This document shows positions 1 to 58,025 of a DNA stretch of 64,000 nt, piece by piece (positions within the stretch are counted from its first letter, which is position 1; every line of letters begins with the position of its first letter). The notes under the pieces were generated by a model, which saw only the letters and a list, made by a program, of their open reading frames with translations, did no database searches and was not told the origin of the DNA. This DNA comes from Mobula hypostoma. Taxonomy: Eukaryota. Location: positions 105,154,001-105,218,000 of the forward strand of contig NC_086097.1 in NCBI RefSeq assembly GCF_963921235.1, in the 5' to 3' direction. Made by a program: the position numbers and the translations under genes.

Positions 1-1470
1 GAGTAGAGTGACTTTTGCAATTTTCCAATCTTCCGGAACCATTCCAGAACCTAGTGATACTTGAAGCAGCATCACTAATGCCTCCACAATCTCTTCAGCC
101 ATTTCTCTCAGAACCCTGGGGTTAGTCTGTCTGGTCCAAGTGACTTTCGGACCTTTCAGCTTCCAAAACACTTTCTCCCTAGTCTGCCCTCATACACTCT
201 CAAACATCTGGCATATTGCTTGTGGCTTCCACAGTGAAGACTGACGCAAAATACATATTCAGTCCCTCTGCCATTTCCTTGTACCCCATTACTACCTCTC
301 CAGCATCATTTTCCAGAAGTCAGATACCTACTCTTGTCTCTCTTTTACTATTTGCATACCTGAAAAATAGTTTTGGTATTCCTCTTTAATAGTATAGGCT
401 GGCGTACTTTCATATTTCATCTTTTTGCTCCTTATGGCATTTTAGTTGCCTTCTGTTTGTTTTTAAAAGCTTCCCAATGCTCTAACTTCCAATAATTTAT
501 TGCTCTATCACATGCTCTCTCTATTGTTTTTACGTTGGCTTTGACTTCCCTTGTCATCCACAGTTGTGTCATTCTGCCTTTAGAACACTTTTTCCTGTGG
601 AATGCATGTATCCTTCACCTTCTGAATTGCCCTCAGAAACTCCGGTCATTGCTGCTCTGCTGTAATCCCTATTAGTGTCTACTTCCAATCAACTTTGGCC
701 AGCTCCTCTCTCATGCTTCTATAAATCCCTTTACTCCACTGTAATACTGATATATCTGACTTTAGCTTCTCCCTCACAAATTGTAGGGTGAATTCTATCA
801 AATTATGATCACTGCCTCCCAGAGGTTCCTTGGCCTTAAGCTCATGAATCAAATCAGTTCATTACACAACACCCAATCTAGAATCACTGATCCACTAGTG
901 GGCTCAACCAGAAGCTGCTTGGAAAAGCAGCCTTGTAGGCATTGTACAAATTCCCACTATTGGGATCCAAGACAGCACCAAACTGATTTTCCCAGTCTAC
1001 CTACCTAATGTATCCCCCATGACTATTTTAACATTGTCCTTTTGACATATATTTCCTATCCTCCGTTGTAAATCGTAGCCCACATCATGGCTACTGTTCG
1101 GAGGCCTGTATATAACTCCTATTCAAAGTCTTTTTGCCCTTGCAGTTCCTTAGCTCTACCCACAACAAGAGATTTATTATCCCTCTCAACCCTGTTATCC
1201 TACCTTCTCCCCATAACCTTTGATGTCCTGAATAAGCGAGAACCTGTCAATCTCTACTTTAAATATACTCAATGACTTGGCCTCCCCAGTCATCCGTGGA
1301 TATGATTCCATGGATTCACCATCTTCTGGCTAGAGAAATTCCTATCTTTGTTCCAGAGGGATGTCCTTTTATTCTGAGGCTGTGCTCTCTGGTCCTAGTC
1401 TTACCCACTATAGGAAACGTCCTCTCCATATCCACTCTGTCTAAGCCTTAAAATATTTGACAGGTTTCAA
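1..1470 (-). mobile_element. Degenerate CR1 LINE fragments
   Basis: Reverse complement resembles the CR1 ORF2 and 3' sequences seen elsewhere in the window (e.g. 6340..9810). Confidence 0.75.
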
Positions 1471-1473
1471 TGA

Positions 1474-2625
1474 CATAAAACATAGAAAACCTACAGCAAA
1501 ATACAGGCCCTTCAGCCCACAATGCCATGCTGAACATGTACTTACTTTAGAAATTACCTAGGATTACCCATAGCCCTCTATTTTTCTAAGCTCCATGTAC
1601 CTCTCCAGGAGTCTCTTAAAAGACCCGATCATATCCACCTCCACCACCATTGCCGGCAACCCATTCCACGCACTCACCACTCTGCGTAAAAAACTTACTC
1701 CTGACATCCCCTCTGTACCTTAAAACACCTTAAAACTGTGCCCTCTTGTCATAGCCATTTCAGCCCTGGAGAAAAGCCATGATATCTACATGATCAATGC
1801 CTCTCATCATCTATCAGGTCACCTCTCATCCTCCATCGCTCCAAGGAGAAAAGACCAAGTTCACTCAACCTATTCTCGTAAGGCATGCTCCCCAATCCAG
1901 GCACATCCTTGTAAATCTCCTCTGCACCCTTTCTATAGTTTCTACATCCTTCCTGTAGTGAGGTGACCAGAACTGAGCACAGCACTTCAAGTGGGGTCTG
2001 ACCAGGGTCCTATATAGCTGTAACATTACCTCTTGACTCTTAAACTCAATCCCACTGTTGATGGAAGGCCAATGCAATGTATGCCTTCTTGACCGCCGAG
2101 TCAACCTGCGCAGCAGCTTTGAATGTCCTATGGACTTGGACCTCAAGATCCCTCTGATACTCCACACTGCCAAGAGTCTTACCATTAATACTATATTCTA
2201 CCATCATATTTGACCTACCAAAATTAACCACCTCACATTTAACTGGCTTGGACTCCATCTGCGACTTCTCAGCCCAGTTTTGCATCCTATCGATGTCCCG
2301 CTGTAACCTCTGACAGCCCTCCACACTATCCACAACACCCCTAACCTTTGTGTCATCAGCAAATTTACTAACCCATCCCTCCACTTCCTCATCCATGTCA
2401 TTTATAAAAATCACAAAGAGAAGGGGTCCCAGAACAGATCCCTGAGGCACACCACCGGTCACCGATCTCCATGCAGAATATGACCCGTCTACAACCTTGC
2501 CTTCTGTGGGCAAGCCAGTTCTGGATCCATAAAGCAAGGTCCCTTGGATCCCATGTCTCCTTACTTTCTCAATAAGCCTTGCATGGGGTACCTTATCAAA
2601 TGCCTTCCTGAAATCCATATCCATC
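1474..2625 (-). mobile_element. CR1 LINE, 5'-truncated (RT end plus (TTCTATGT)n tail), inserted in an older CR1
   Basis: ORFs with [21 protein letters not shown] and FADDTK; tail catagaaaacctacagc on the plus strand. Confidence 0.92.
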
Positions 2626-4075
2626 TATGGCATCCCCACCCCCCATTCTTCTAAACTCCAACAATTATAGGTCCAGAACCATCAAATGCTCCTCATACAT
2701 TAATCATTTAATTCCTGGAATCATTCTCATGAATCTCCAATGCAAGCAAATCTTTTCTTAGATAAGGGGTGCAAAACTGTTCTCAATACTCCTTCTGCAG
2801 TCTGAGCAATCCATCTTGAAGTCTCTACATCACATCCTTGCTCTTATATTCTAGACCTCTCGAAATGAATGCTAACATTGCATTTACTTTCCTTACCACC
2901 AACACAACCTGCAAATTAACCTTCCAGGAATCTTGCAGAAGGATTCCCAAGACCCTTTGCACCCTGATTTTGTATTTTCCCAACAATGTATTCCACCTGC
3001 CACTTCTTTGCCCATTCTCCCAATCTGTCTAAGTCCTTCTGCAGATTCCCTGCTCAATCAACATTACCAGCCTTTCCACCCTTCATCGCACTATCTGCAA
3101 ATCTGGCAACAAAGCAATCAATTCAGTCATCCAAATTGTTGACATATAACGTGAAAAGAAGCAGACCCAACAATGGCTCCTGCTGAACACCACTAATCAC
3201 CGGCAGCCAACCAGAACAGTTCTCCTTTATCCCCACTCTCTCCAATATCTTTCCTGTAATACCATGGCCTTTTATCTTAAATACCCTCATGGGCGGCAGC
3301 TTGTTAAAGGCCTTTTGAAAATACAAGTGAACAACACCTACTGACTCCTTTGTCAATCCTGACTGTTACTTTCTCAAAGATTTCCCCTAAGGAAACAATG
3401 CTGACTTTGGCCTCCAAGTACCCTGAAATCTCATCCTTAAAAATGGACTCCCAACATTTTTCTAAACACTGAAGTTAGGCTAACCAGTCTATAATTTCCT
3501 TTTTTTACTGCTCCCTCCCTTCTAAAAGAGTGGAGTGACAATTGCAAATTCTAAGTCCTCCAGAACCATATAGTGATTCCTGAAAGATCGTTGCTGATGT
3601 CTCCACAATTTCTTCAGTTGCATCTTTCGGAACCCTGGGGTGTAAGTCCATCAGATGACTTATCTACCTTCAGACCTTTCAGCTTCCCAAGCACCTTCTG
3701 CAATTATAGCAACTCTATTCACTTCTGCCCCCTGACACTCTCGAATTTATGGCATACTGCCAAGTGCCTTCCATAGTGAAGACTGATGCAAAATGCTTAT
3801 TCAGTTTCTCCACCATTTCCTCGTCCCATTACTACCTCTCCAGCGGTCCGACATCCACTCTCACTTCTTTTACTCTTTATATATCTGAAAAAAATGTTTT
3901 GTATCCTCTTTTATTATTGGCTAACTTACCTTCCTGTTTCATCTTTTCTCTCCTTATGGTTTTTTACGTTGACTTCTGACTTCTGTTAATTTTTAGAAGC
4001 TTCCCAATCCTCTAACTTCCCACTGATTTGTGCAATATTATAGGCACTCTTTTTTGTTTTAAAGCTGTCTTTTGA
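2626..4075 (-). mobile_element. Older degenerate CR1 LINE (ORF2)
   Basis: Degenerate RT motifs (FQKAFNKLP, SGVQQEPLLG). Confidence 0.8.
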
Positions 4076-4395
4076 TTGGGATGTTAAGCTCTTGACTATG
4101 ATCTTTCAACCACGACTCAGTGATGCCCGCATCATATCTGCCAACGTCTAACTGTGCTACAAGATCATCTATCTTGTACTGTGTACTGCATGCATTCAAA
4201 TATAACACTCCAGTTCCGTTTCTATCACCCTTTTCCATTTTGCCTCCATGTTATACTTCAATTCATCCCACTGTCTGCATATCGAGTCTGCTCCGCTATT
4301 CAAGCATGGCTGATCCTTTTTTTTTAAATCTTCTCTCAGTTCCCGGCCTTCTCCCCGTAACTTTGATGCATGTCCAATCAAAAACCTATCAATCT

Positions 4396-5005
4396 CTGCA
4401 ATATTTCATTAGGAGTTTGAGATTTGGTTTGTCACCCAAAACTTCTAGTTGTACTGTGGAGAGCATGTTGACTGGCTGCATCATTGTCTGGTATGGTGGG
4501 GGGGGGGGGCTACTGCATAAGATCAAAGTTGAAGAAACTTGTAAAATTAGCCAGCTCCATCATGGGGACTAGCCTCCTTGGTATCCAAGACATCTTCAAG
4601 GAGCAGTGCCTTAGGAAGGCAACATCCATCATTAAAGATCACCGTCACTGAGGGCATGCCCTCTTCTCACTGTTACCATCAGGTAGGAGGTACAGAAGCC
4701 TGAAGACACACACTCAGTGATTCAGGAACAGCTTCTTGCTCTCTGCCATTTGACTCCTGAATGGGCATTGAACCCGTGAACACTCACTACTTCTATTGCA
4801 CTACCTATTTTAACTTAACTATTTAATATACATATACACAGATAAATAGAAATCTTGGTACTCTCTCTATACACACACACACACACACACATACATACTG
4901 AATGTAATTCAGTTTTTTCTAAATTTATCATGTATTGCATTGTCCTGTTGCCACTAAGTTAACAAATATCACGACAAATCCTGGTGATATTAAACCTGAT
5001 TCTGA
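4396..5005 (+). mobile_element. Rex1/Babar-like LINE 3' fragment containing a (CA)n microsatellite
   Basis: CTVESMLTGCIIVWYG motif; (ATTCTG)n tail; closely similar to 46258..46820. Confidence 0.75.
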
Positions 5006-5009
5006 TCTT

Positions 5010-5600
5010 CTTGTATACCAGCTGCCTTATCCTCAGCCACATCACTCTGATTCCGATTCCCCTGTCAAATTAGCTTAAACCCTCCTGGAAGGATACTAGT
5101 TCCCCCTCGAGTTCAGGAGTAACCCTTCCTTTTAGTACAAGTCATACCTTCTGCAGAAGAGTTCCAATGATCCAGAAATCTGTGACCCTGGCCCTGCAGC
5201 AATTCCTCAGCCATGCCTTCATCCTATTCGTATGCCTCATTGACGCATGGCACAGGCAGCCATCCTAACAATACTTGAGTTCCTGCTGTTAATCTTTCCA
5301 CGCAACTCCTTATATTCTCTCTTCAGGACCTCATTCCTTTTCCTATCTATGTCATTGGTAGCAATATATCTGGTGGTCACCCCTCCCCCATACTTCAAAA
5401 CGCCGTGGACCCGATCCAAGACATCCCTGATTCTGGCACCTGAGATGCAACATATCATCCAGCCACAGAATCTCCCGAGTGTTCTTCTAACTATGGAATC
5501 CCATTATTACTGCGGCAATCTTCTGTTCCCCTTCCCTTCTGAGCCACAGTGAGAGAGTCTGCCAGAGACCCTGCCTTCCTCCAGTAGGTCATCCCCACCA
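5010..5600 (-). mobile_element. CR1 LINE ORF1 (SGNH/esterase-like) fragment
   Basis: CC.SGARIRDV...TNDI..KR.EVLK.EY.EL motif typical of the CR1 ORF1 esterase domain. Confidence 0.75.
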
Positions 5601-7556
5601 ACAGTATCCATTTGACTGATTTTATTGGTTGCTGTTAATTCATTGAATCAACTATTATCTAACAGTTTACAGGCTTAAATTCCTATAAAGTGAAACTCAC
5701 ACACCTCGAGAGCTACTTCTTAAAACTCTCCTGTTCTCAATCTGAGATCTATAAAGTTTACGTGTGCATGTATATGCTGCCTCTCTTCACTTCTCCATTC
5801 ATTCTTCCCTTCTTTCCCATTCCTGCCTTGCCCATCGTTTGTCTCTAGTCTTAGACAGGCCTCACAGAGCTGAAGCTGCTGTCAGTATATGTCCTGACCC
5901 CCAACACGGAGCCCACTGTGGCCTTAACCTTCCTTTCTTTTGATACTGCTCTGGTTCGGCTGCCTCTCCGCCCCCCAACCGCCCCTCTGTTATGGGCCAT
6001 TGAGTAGGTACTTGCGGTCTTACCTTGGATTACCATTCTCTCACCATTTCCCAGCTACTGCTGATAGACTTTTTTCTGTGTGCACAGCTCCCATCCACCA
6101 GGACAGGACAGCAGTCTCTCCGCAGTGTCCCAGCAATTTCAGCAGAAATGACCTGCAGTATTCCAGGGCACTTAGATCGGACTCAGTAACAGGATACAAC
6201 TTGATCACCCCAGGAGGGAAAAGGCAATGGAGTAACCATACTTGGATTTTCAGATGGCAAGTAAGGTTAAATAGTTGTACCTGAAATAAAAGTTGATGTA
6301 ATGAGTGTGCAGAGTGGGGGAGTTTGTAAACTTAGTGTAAATGAGCGACAAAACGGACAGGTTACACCTGTACCCAAAGGTGTCCAATATCTTGGCAGGG
6401 AGGTTTAATAGAGCTGTTAGGGAGGGTTTAAACTAATTTGGCAAGGGGATGGGAATCAGAGTGATAGGGCTGAGGAAGGGGAAAACAGAAATAAATTAAA
6501 AGTATCGCATGCAACAGAGATGATAGAAAGGACAGGTAGGAGATGAGGCTTAATCACAGCCAATGGGATGAGTTGCAGGACAATAGAGGCGTGGCACAGT
6601 TAAAACAGAAAGGAACAAATACTGTACTGAAAGTGTTATATTTGAATGCACGCAGCATAAGAATTAAAATGGACGATCTTGAAATTCAGCTACAGGTTGG
6701 CAAGTATGACATTGTGGCCATCTCTGAAACTTGGCTAACGGATGGCTGCCGTTGGGAGTTGAATGTCCAAGGATATACGGTGTATAAGGTTAGTAGGCAG
6801 AGGGGGTGGTGTGGCCCTGTGTATAATATTAAATCATTAAAAAGGGATAACACAGGATTGGAAGGTGTAGGGTCTCTATGGGTTACTTTAAGAAATGGCA
6901 AAGGTAAAAGGACCCTAATGGCAGTTGTATACAGGTCTCCAAACAGCAGCCGGGATGTGGATTACAAATTACAGCAGGAGATAGAAAAGGCGTGTCAGAA
7001 GGGCAATGTCATGATAATCGTTGGGGATTTTAACATGAAAGTGGATTGGGAAAGCCAGGCCAGTACTGGACCTCAAGAGAGAGAATTTGTAGAATGTCTA
7101 AGGGATGGCTTTTTAAAACAGCTTGTTGTTTAGCCCACTAGAGGATTGGCTGTGTTGGATTGGGTGTTGTGCCAATGATCCAGAGGTGATAAGGTTAAGG
7201 AACCCTTAGGGAACAGTGATCACAATATGATCCGAGTTCACTTTGAAATTTTAGAAGGAGAAACTAAATTCTACTGTGTCAGTATTTCAGTGGAATAAAG
7301 GAAATTACAATGGGATTACAAGAGGGGAACTGGCCAGGGTTGACTGGAAAGGGACACTCGCAGGAAGGACAGCAGAGCAGCAATGGCTGGACTTTCTGCG
7401 AAGAATGAGGGAAGTGCAAGATAGATATATTCCAAATAAGAAGAAATTTTCAAATGGAAGAAGGACACTACCGTGGCTGACAAGTGAAGTCAGAGCCAAA
7501 GAAAAAGCAAAAGGGAGGGCATACAAGGAAGCCAAAGCTAGCAGGAAGATCGAGGA

Positions 7557-7720
7557 CAAAAACAAAAACACGAGGAATTCTACAGATGCTGGAAACTCAA
7601 GCAACACACATCAAAGTTGCTGGTGAACGCAGCAGGCCAGGCAGCATCTATAGGAAGAGGTACAGTCGACGTTTCAGGCCGAGACCCTTCGTCAGGACTA
7701 ACTGAAGGAAGAGTTAGTAA
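7557..7720 (-). mobile_element. Penelope-like retroelement pLTR/3'-end fragment with 12-bp TSD
   Basis: TSD GAAGATCGAGGA at 7545..7556 and 7721..7732 interrupts the CR1; carries a hammerhead motif. Family assignment is by motif recognition. Confidence 0.75.
7663..7700 (-). ncRNA. Minimal type I hammerhead ribozyme motif
   Basis: Minus strand reads TAGTC-CTGACGA-AGG(GTCTCGG)CCT-GAA-ACGT-C-GACTG: intact CUGANGA/GAAA/UH core, stems I and II, and a palindromic stem III. Confidence 0.75.
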
Positions 7721-8277
7721 GAAGATCGAGGATTGGGAAGCTTTTAAAAACTTGAAGAAGGAAACTAAGAAGATCATTAGGAAGGAAAAGATGAATTATG
7801 AAAGGAAGCTGGCGATTAATATCAAAGAAGATACTAAAAGCTTTTTTAAGTATATAAAGGGTAAAAGAGAGTTGAGGGTAGATATAGGACCAATAGAAAA
7901 TGATGCTGGAGATACTGTAATGAGAGACGCAGAGATGGCAGAGGAACTGAATGCGTATTTTGTATCAGTCTTCACAGTGGAAGACATCTGCAGTATGCCG
8001 GACATTCAAGAGTGTTAGAGAAATGAAGTATGTGCAGTGAAAATTACGACTGAGAAGGTGCTCAGGAAGCTTAATGGTCTGAGGGTGTATAAAACTCCTG
8101 GACCTGATGTAATGCACCCTCGGGTTCTGAAGGAAGTAGCTGGAGAGATTGTGAAGGCATTAACAATGATCTTTCAAGAAACAATAGATTCTGGCATTGT
8201 ACCGGATGACTGGAAAATTGCAAATTTAACTCTGCTATTTAAGAAGGGTGGGAGGCAGCAGAAAGGAAACTGTAGAC

Positions 8278-8456
8278 CAGGGGTCGGCCTCTGTGGGCCG
8301 GATCGCGTATTAATGAGTGGACAGTGGGCCAAATAAACGCCATAAAGAACTTGAAATATGGGAATTATCTATTTAAATACATCTAGTTATGTTTTGCCTC
8401 AAATTAATGAATAACGTAGCTAGAAAACCATTTGTGTTTAAGGTTGCCTACCCCTG
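8278..8456. mobile_element. hAT (Charlie-type) MITE, 179 bp
   Basis: TIR CAGGGGTCGGC / GCCTACCCCTG; 8-bp TSD CTGTAGAC / CTATAGAC (1 mismatch). Confidence 0.85.
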
Positions 8457-10750
8457 CTATAGACCTGTTAGCCTGACATCAGTGGTTGGGAAGTTGTTGG
8501 AATCGATTGTTAGGGATGAGATTACGGAGTACCAGGAGGCACATGACAAAATAGGTCAAAGCCAGTATGGTTTCCTGAAAGAAAAATCCTGCCTAACTAG
8601 CCTACTGCAATTCTTTGAGGAAATTACAAGTAGGGTAGATAAAGGAGATGCAGTAGATGTGGTGCATTTGGATTTTGAGAAGGCTTTTGACAAAGTACCA
8701 CACATGAGGTTGCTTCACAAGATAATAGCCCATGGAATTACAGGGAAGTTACTAGCGTGGGTGGAGCATTGGCTGATAGGCAGAAAATGGAGAGTGGGAA
8801 TAAAGGGATCCTATTCTGGCTGGGTGCCGGTTAGCAGTGGAGTTCCACAGGGGTCGGTGTTGGGACCGCTGCTTCTTACAATGTATGTCAATGGTTTGGA
8901 TTACGGGATTAATGGATTTTTGGCTAAATTTGCCGATGATACAAAAATAGGTGGAGGGGCGGGTAGTGTTGAGGAAACAGAGAGCCTGCGGAGAGACTTA
9001 GATAGTTTAGGGGAATGGGCAAAGAAGTGGCAAATGAAATAATCGGGCAGACTATTATTTAGATGGGGAGAGATTTCAAACTGCAGAAACTCCAAAGGGA
9101 CTTGGGAGTCCTTGTGCAGGATACCCTAAAGGTTAACCTCCAGGTTGAGTCAGTGGTAAAGAAGGCGAATGCAATGTTGGCATTCATTTCTAGAGCTATA
9201 GAATACAAGAGCAGAGATGTGATGTTGAGGCTCTATAAGGGCCTCATGAAACCACACTTGGAGTATTGTGGGCAGTTTTGGGCTCCTTATTTTAGAAAGG
9301 ATACACTGACATTGGAGAGGGTTCAGAGAAGATTCATGAGAATGATTCTAGGAATGAAAGGGCATTCAGAATGTATGAGGAACCTCTGGCAGCTCTTGGG
9401 CTGTATTCCCTGGAGTTCAGGAGAATGGGGAACTCAGAGAAACATTCTGAATGTTAAAAAGCCTGAACAGATTAAATATGGCAAAGTTATTTCCCATGGT
9501 AGGGGAGTCCAGGACAAGAGGGCATGACTTCAGGATTGAAGGACGGCCAATTAGAACAGAGATGCGGAGAAATTATTTTAGTCAGAGGGTGGTAAATCTG
9601 TAGAATTTGTTGCCTGTGGAGACCAAGTCATTGGGTGCATTTAAGGCAGAGATAGATAGGTTCTTGATTAGCCAGGGCATCAAAGGATATATGGAGAAGG
9701 CAGGGGAGTGGTGATGACTGGAAGAATTGGATCAGCCCATGATTGAATGGCAGAGCAGACTCGATGGGCCGAATGGCCAATCTCTGCTCCTGTATCTTAT
9801 GGTCTGGTGTTAAATCTGTGTCAACTTCATGAGAGGTCGCATAATCACTGAGTGATAGAAACTGCTTCAGTAAGAAAGTCAGGATCACCCTGGTTAGGTC
9901 TGGAGGATGTGGATGTCACTGAGGATAGAGGGTGGAGGTAGTAACAGAAGACTGGTCAGTTAAATAAGTCTCATTCAGGGTTGAAGGTCAAGGTGGATCA
10001 GCTTAATGCCAGTCATTTCAGGAACAAGGGTCGATGTCAATTGGCAGACACAAAAGAAGTACGAAATGGAGTAAGTGTCTTCGGTCCTGGCTGGAGAAAG
10101 TGAATGGTAGAACCATGAATGGTAAAAAGTCAACACGAACATACATTGCTTACTACAGACATGCAGCAGAGATCCACTAGGACTCCGAATTCCGCACAGA
10201 AAGCACCCAGGCCCGTGATCTACTGGGAAAGTTAATGGAATTTCAAGGAGATGTGTGTGGCAAGTTTCTACAGAGTGGGAGGTGCCTCAAACACACTGCC
10301 AGGGGCAGTGTAGAAGCATACATAACTGTGGTGTTTTAGAAACATTTAGACAGACGTGATATTCAGAGAATGGAGGGATATGAATCATATGTAGGTAGAG
10401 AGGTTTCATCATGTCACAAGACCATGCCCTGAGGAAGGCGCCTGAAGGGAACAGATACAGTTCGGGACACTGCCTTGATGTTTGGCAAGTATTTCTGTAT
10501 AGTCTCCAGCATTAAGACCATGCTTTGGGAGGTCTGAGGTTCATAGATTTAAGCAATGCTGGAGGACCAGGGAACTCAGAATAGAGAAATATTTCTGATT
10601 CCCTGAATTACAGATTTGCCTCAAGCAAATCTCTCTGGCGTGAAAGGGAGAGCTAGTCTTTGTGGATGGAACACAGGGGTTTTTATACTAACAAAACAGA
10701 AAGGACAACTCATCGTGCACCAAATCAGCTGTAGAAATTCAGAAGTTGCA

Positions 10751-10756
10751 TTTATT
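10751..10756 (-). promoter_or_regulatory. Putative polyadenylation signal of ZNF106 (3'UTR ~10730..11933)
   Basis: AATAAA on the minus strand, followed by a GU/U-rich tract (TTGTCCTTTCTGTTTTGTT). No transcript data. Confidence 0.5.
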
Positions 10757-10989
10757 TAGATCCTTAATTTTTAAATTGTTGTAAAATCACTTACTGTAAA
10801 TACACTCATTCCCATCAGGTTCACACAACTTCCAGCCCTACAGGGCTACAATGTGGTGACACACATCCCTCACTCTGCACTTGCAGCCACTTACTCTACA
10901 TGAAGTCACTGAACTCCATATGGCCATACAACACTCCGAACCTAACATACACATACGATAAACAGAGAGGGCAGGGTGCACATCACAGA

Positions 10990-11130
10990 CAAGAGAAAAT
11001 CTGAGCAACACACACAAAATGTTGGAGGGACTCAGTAGGCCTGGCAGCATCTATGGAAAAGAGTAGTCGACGTTTTTCCATAGATGCTGTCTGGCCTGCT
11101 GAGTTCGTCCAGCATTTTGTGTGTGTTGCC
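10990..11130. repeat. Palindromic Penelope-derived insertion (56-bp arms, 13-nt loop) with 11-bp TSD in the putative ZNF106 3'UTR
   Basis: Arms 11005..11060 and 11074..11129 (50/56 match); TSD CACATCACAGA at 10979..10989 and 11131..11141; homologous to 7600..7672. Confidence 0.85.
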
Positions 11131-11933
11131 CACATCACAGAGCTCAATTCTCATCATTCCTTGTTATCTTGCCCACATATCAAAATTGATACTTTTTGGC
11201 TTAAAATCTTAAAAAAAAACACAACTTTACTGAAAACAAAGTATGCAGGTGGGGGAGGGGAGAGAACCACAAGGTGAGACTCCCCCACCCTCACTTCCAA
11301 AATCAAAGCACATTCTCAGCCAAGATCTCAATAAATATATTGACACCATTCTGTAGCAAGCATCACATGGTGCCACAGATCCACCCATCTCCATTTGGCC
11401 TCCAGAATAGACCAGGGAATCTCAGCAACAAGGCTTGGCTGTGATCAGCTCTCTCCTACTCCGTAACACACACACAAACCACACTTCATCCAAGGACAGA
11501 TTCGAAGTTTTGTTTGCAGTTTGATGTTGAATTATCAAGCAACAAAAAAAAAAGAAACACAACTCAACACAAGAGGAGCAGGTAGGTAAAATAACCAACT
11601 CCAGTATTAAGGAATCAGCAAGGATTTCACGGTCAATTCAATGAACCATGAGAGATTTCTCCAAGTGTCGCATTCAAAAACTCCATGGATGAACACTGAA
11701 ATGGCACAGACCACAACCACATATCTGCGCAGCTACTCATCGATACTCCCATCATTTCACATTCTCACAAGTTCATCCTTCACCCAGTTAGCAGGCAGTA
11801 GATCTAGACCAGCTGTGTGAACTCCGATCTGCTGTAAGGTGTTGGAATCTGTCAACTTGGAATGACGCAGGCGGATCACGGAAAGATCATTGTGGAGTTT
11901 TAAACTGCAGCCCAATTTGGGAGGTTGAATGCC

Positions 11934-57777
<45,844 letters not shown>

Positions 57778-58025
57778 CTACAAAAAATAAACCTACCACT
57801 ATTATATTTGTTTAAATCTACTTAGACAAAGAAGATATATGGCATCCATTTCTTCTCAAGGAAAGCCACCTCGGGGAGGAAGGACTGAATGGGCATCAGT
57901 TCTCATTCACTCCTTACTCCGAGGCGGCTTTTCTTGAAGTCGATGGAAGGACATTTACAGTTGCCAGAAAAAGTTTGTGAACCCTTTGCAATTACCTGGT
58001 TTTCTGCATTCATTACTCATAAAAT

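Larger units (their letters stand above)
6340..9810 (+). mobile_element. CR1 LINE (ORF1 end plus disrupted ORF2 APE endonuclease/RT) with two nested insertions
   Basis: YLNARSI, ISETWL, GDFN, RPVSLTS, KAFDKVPH and FADDTK motifs; CR1 3' end. Confidence 0.93.
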
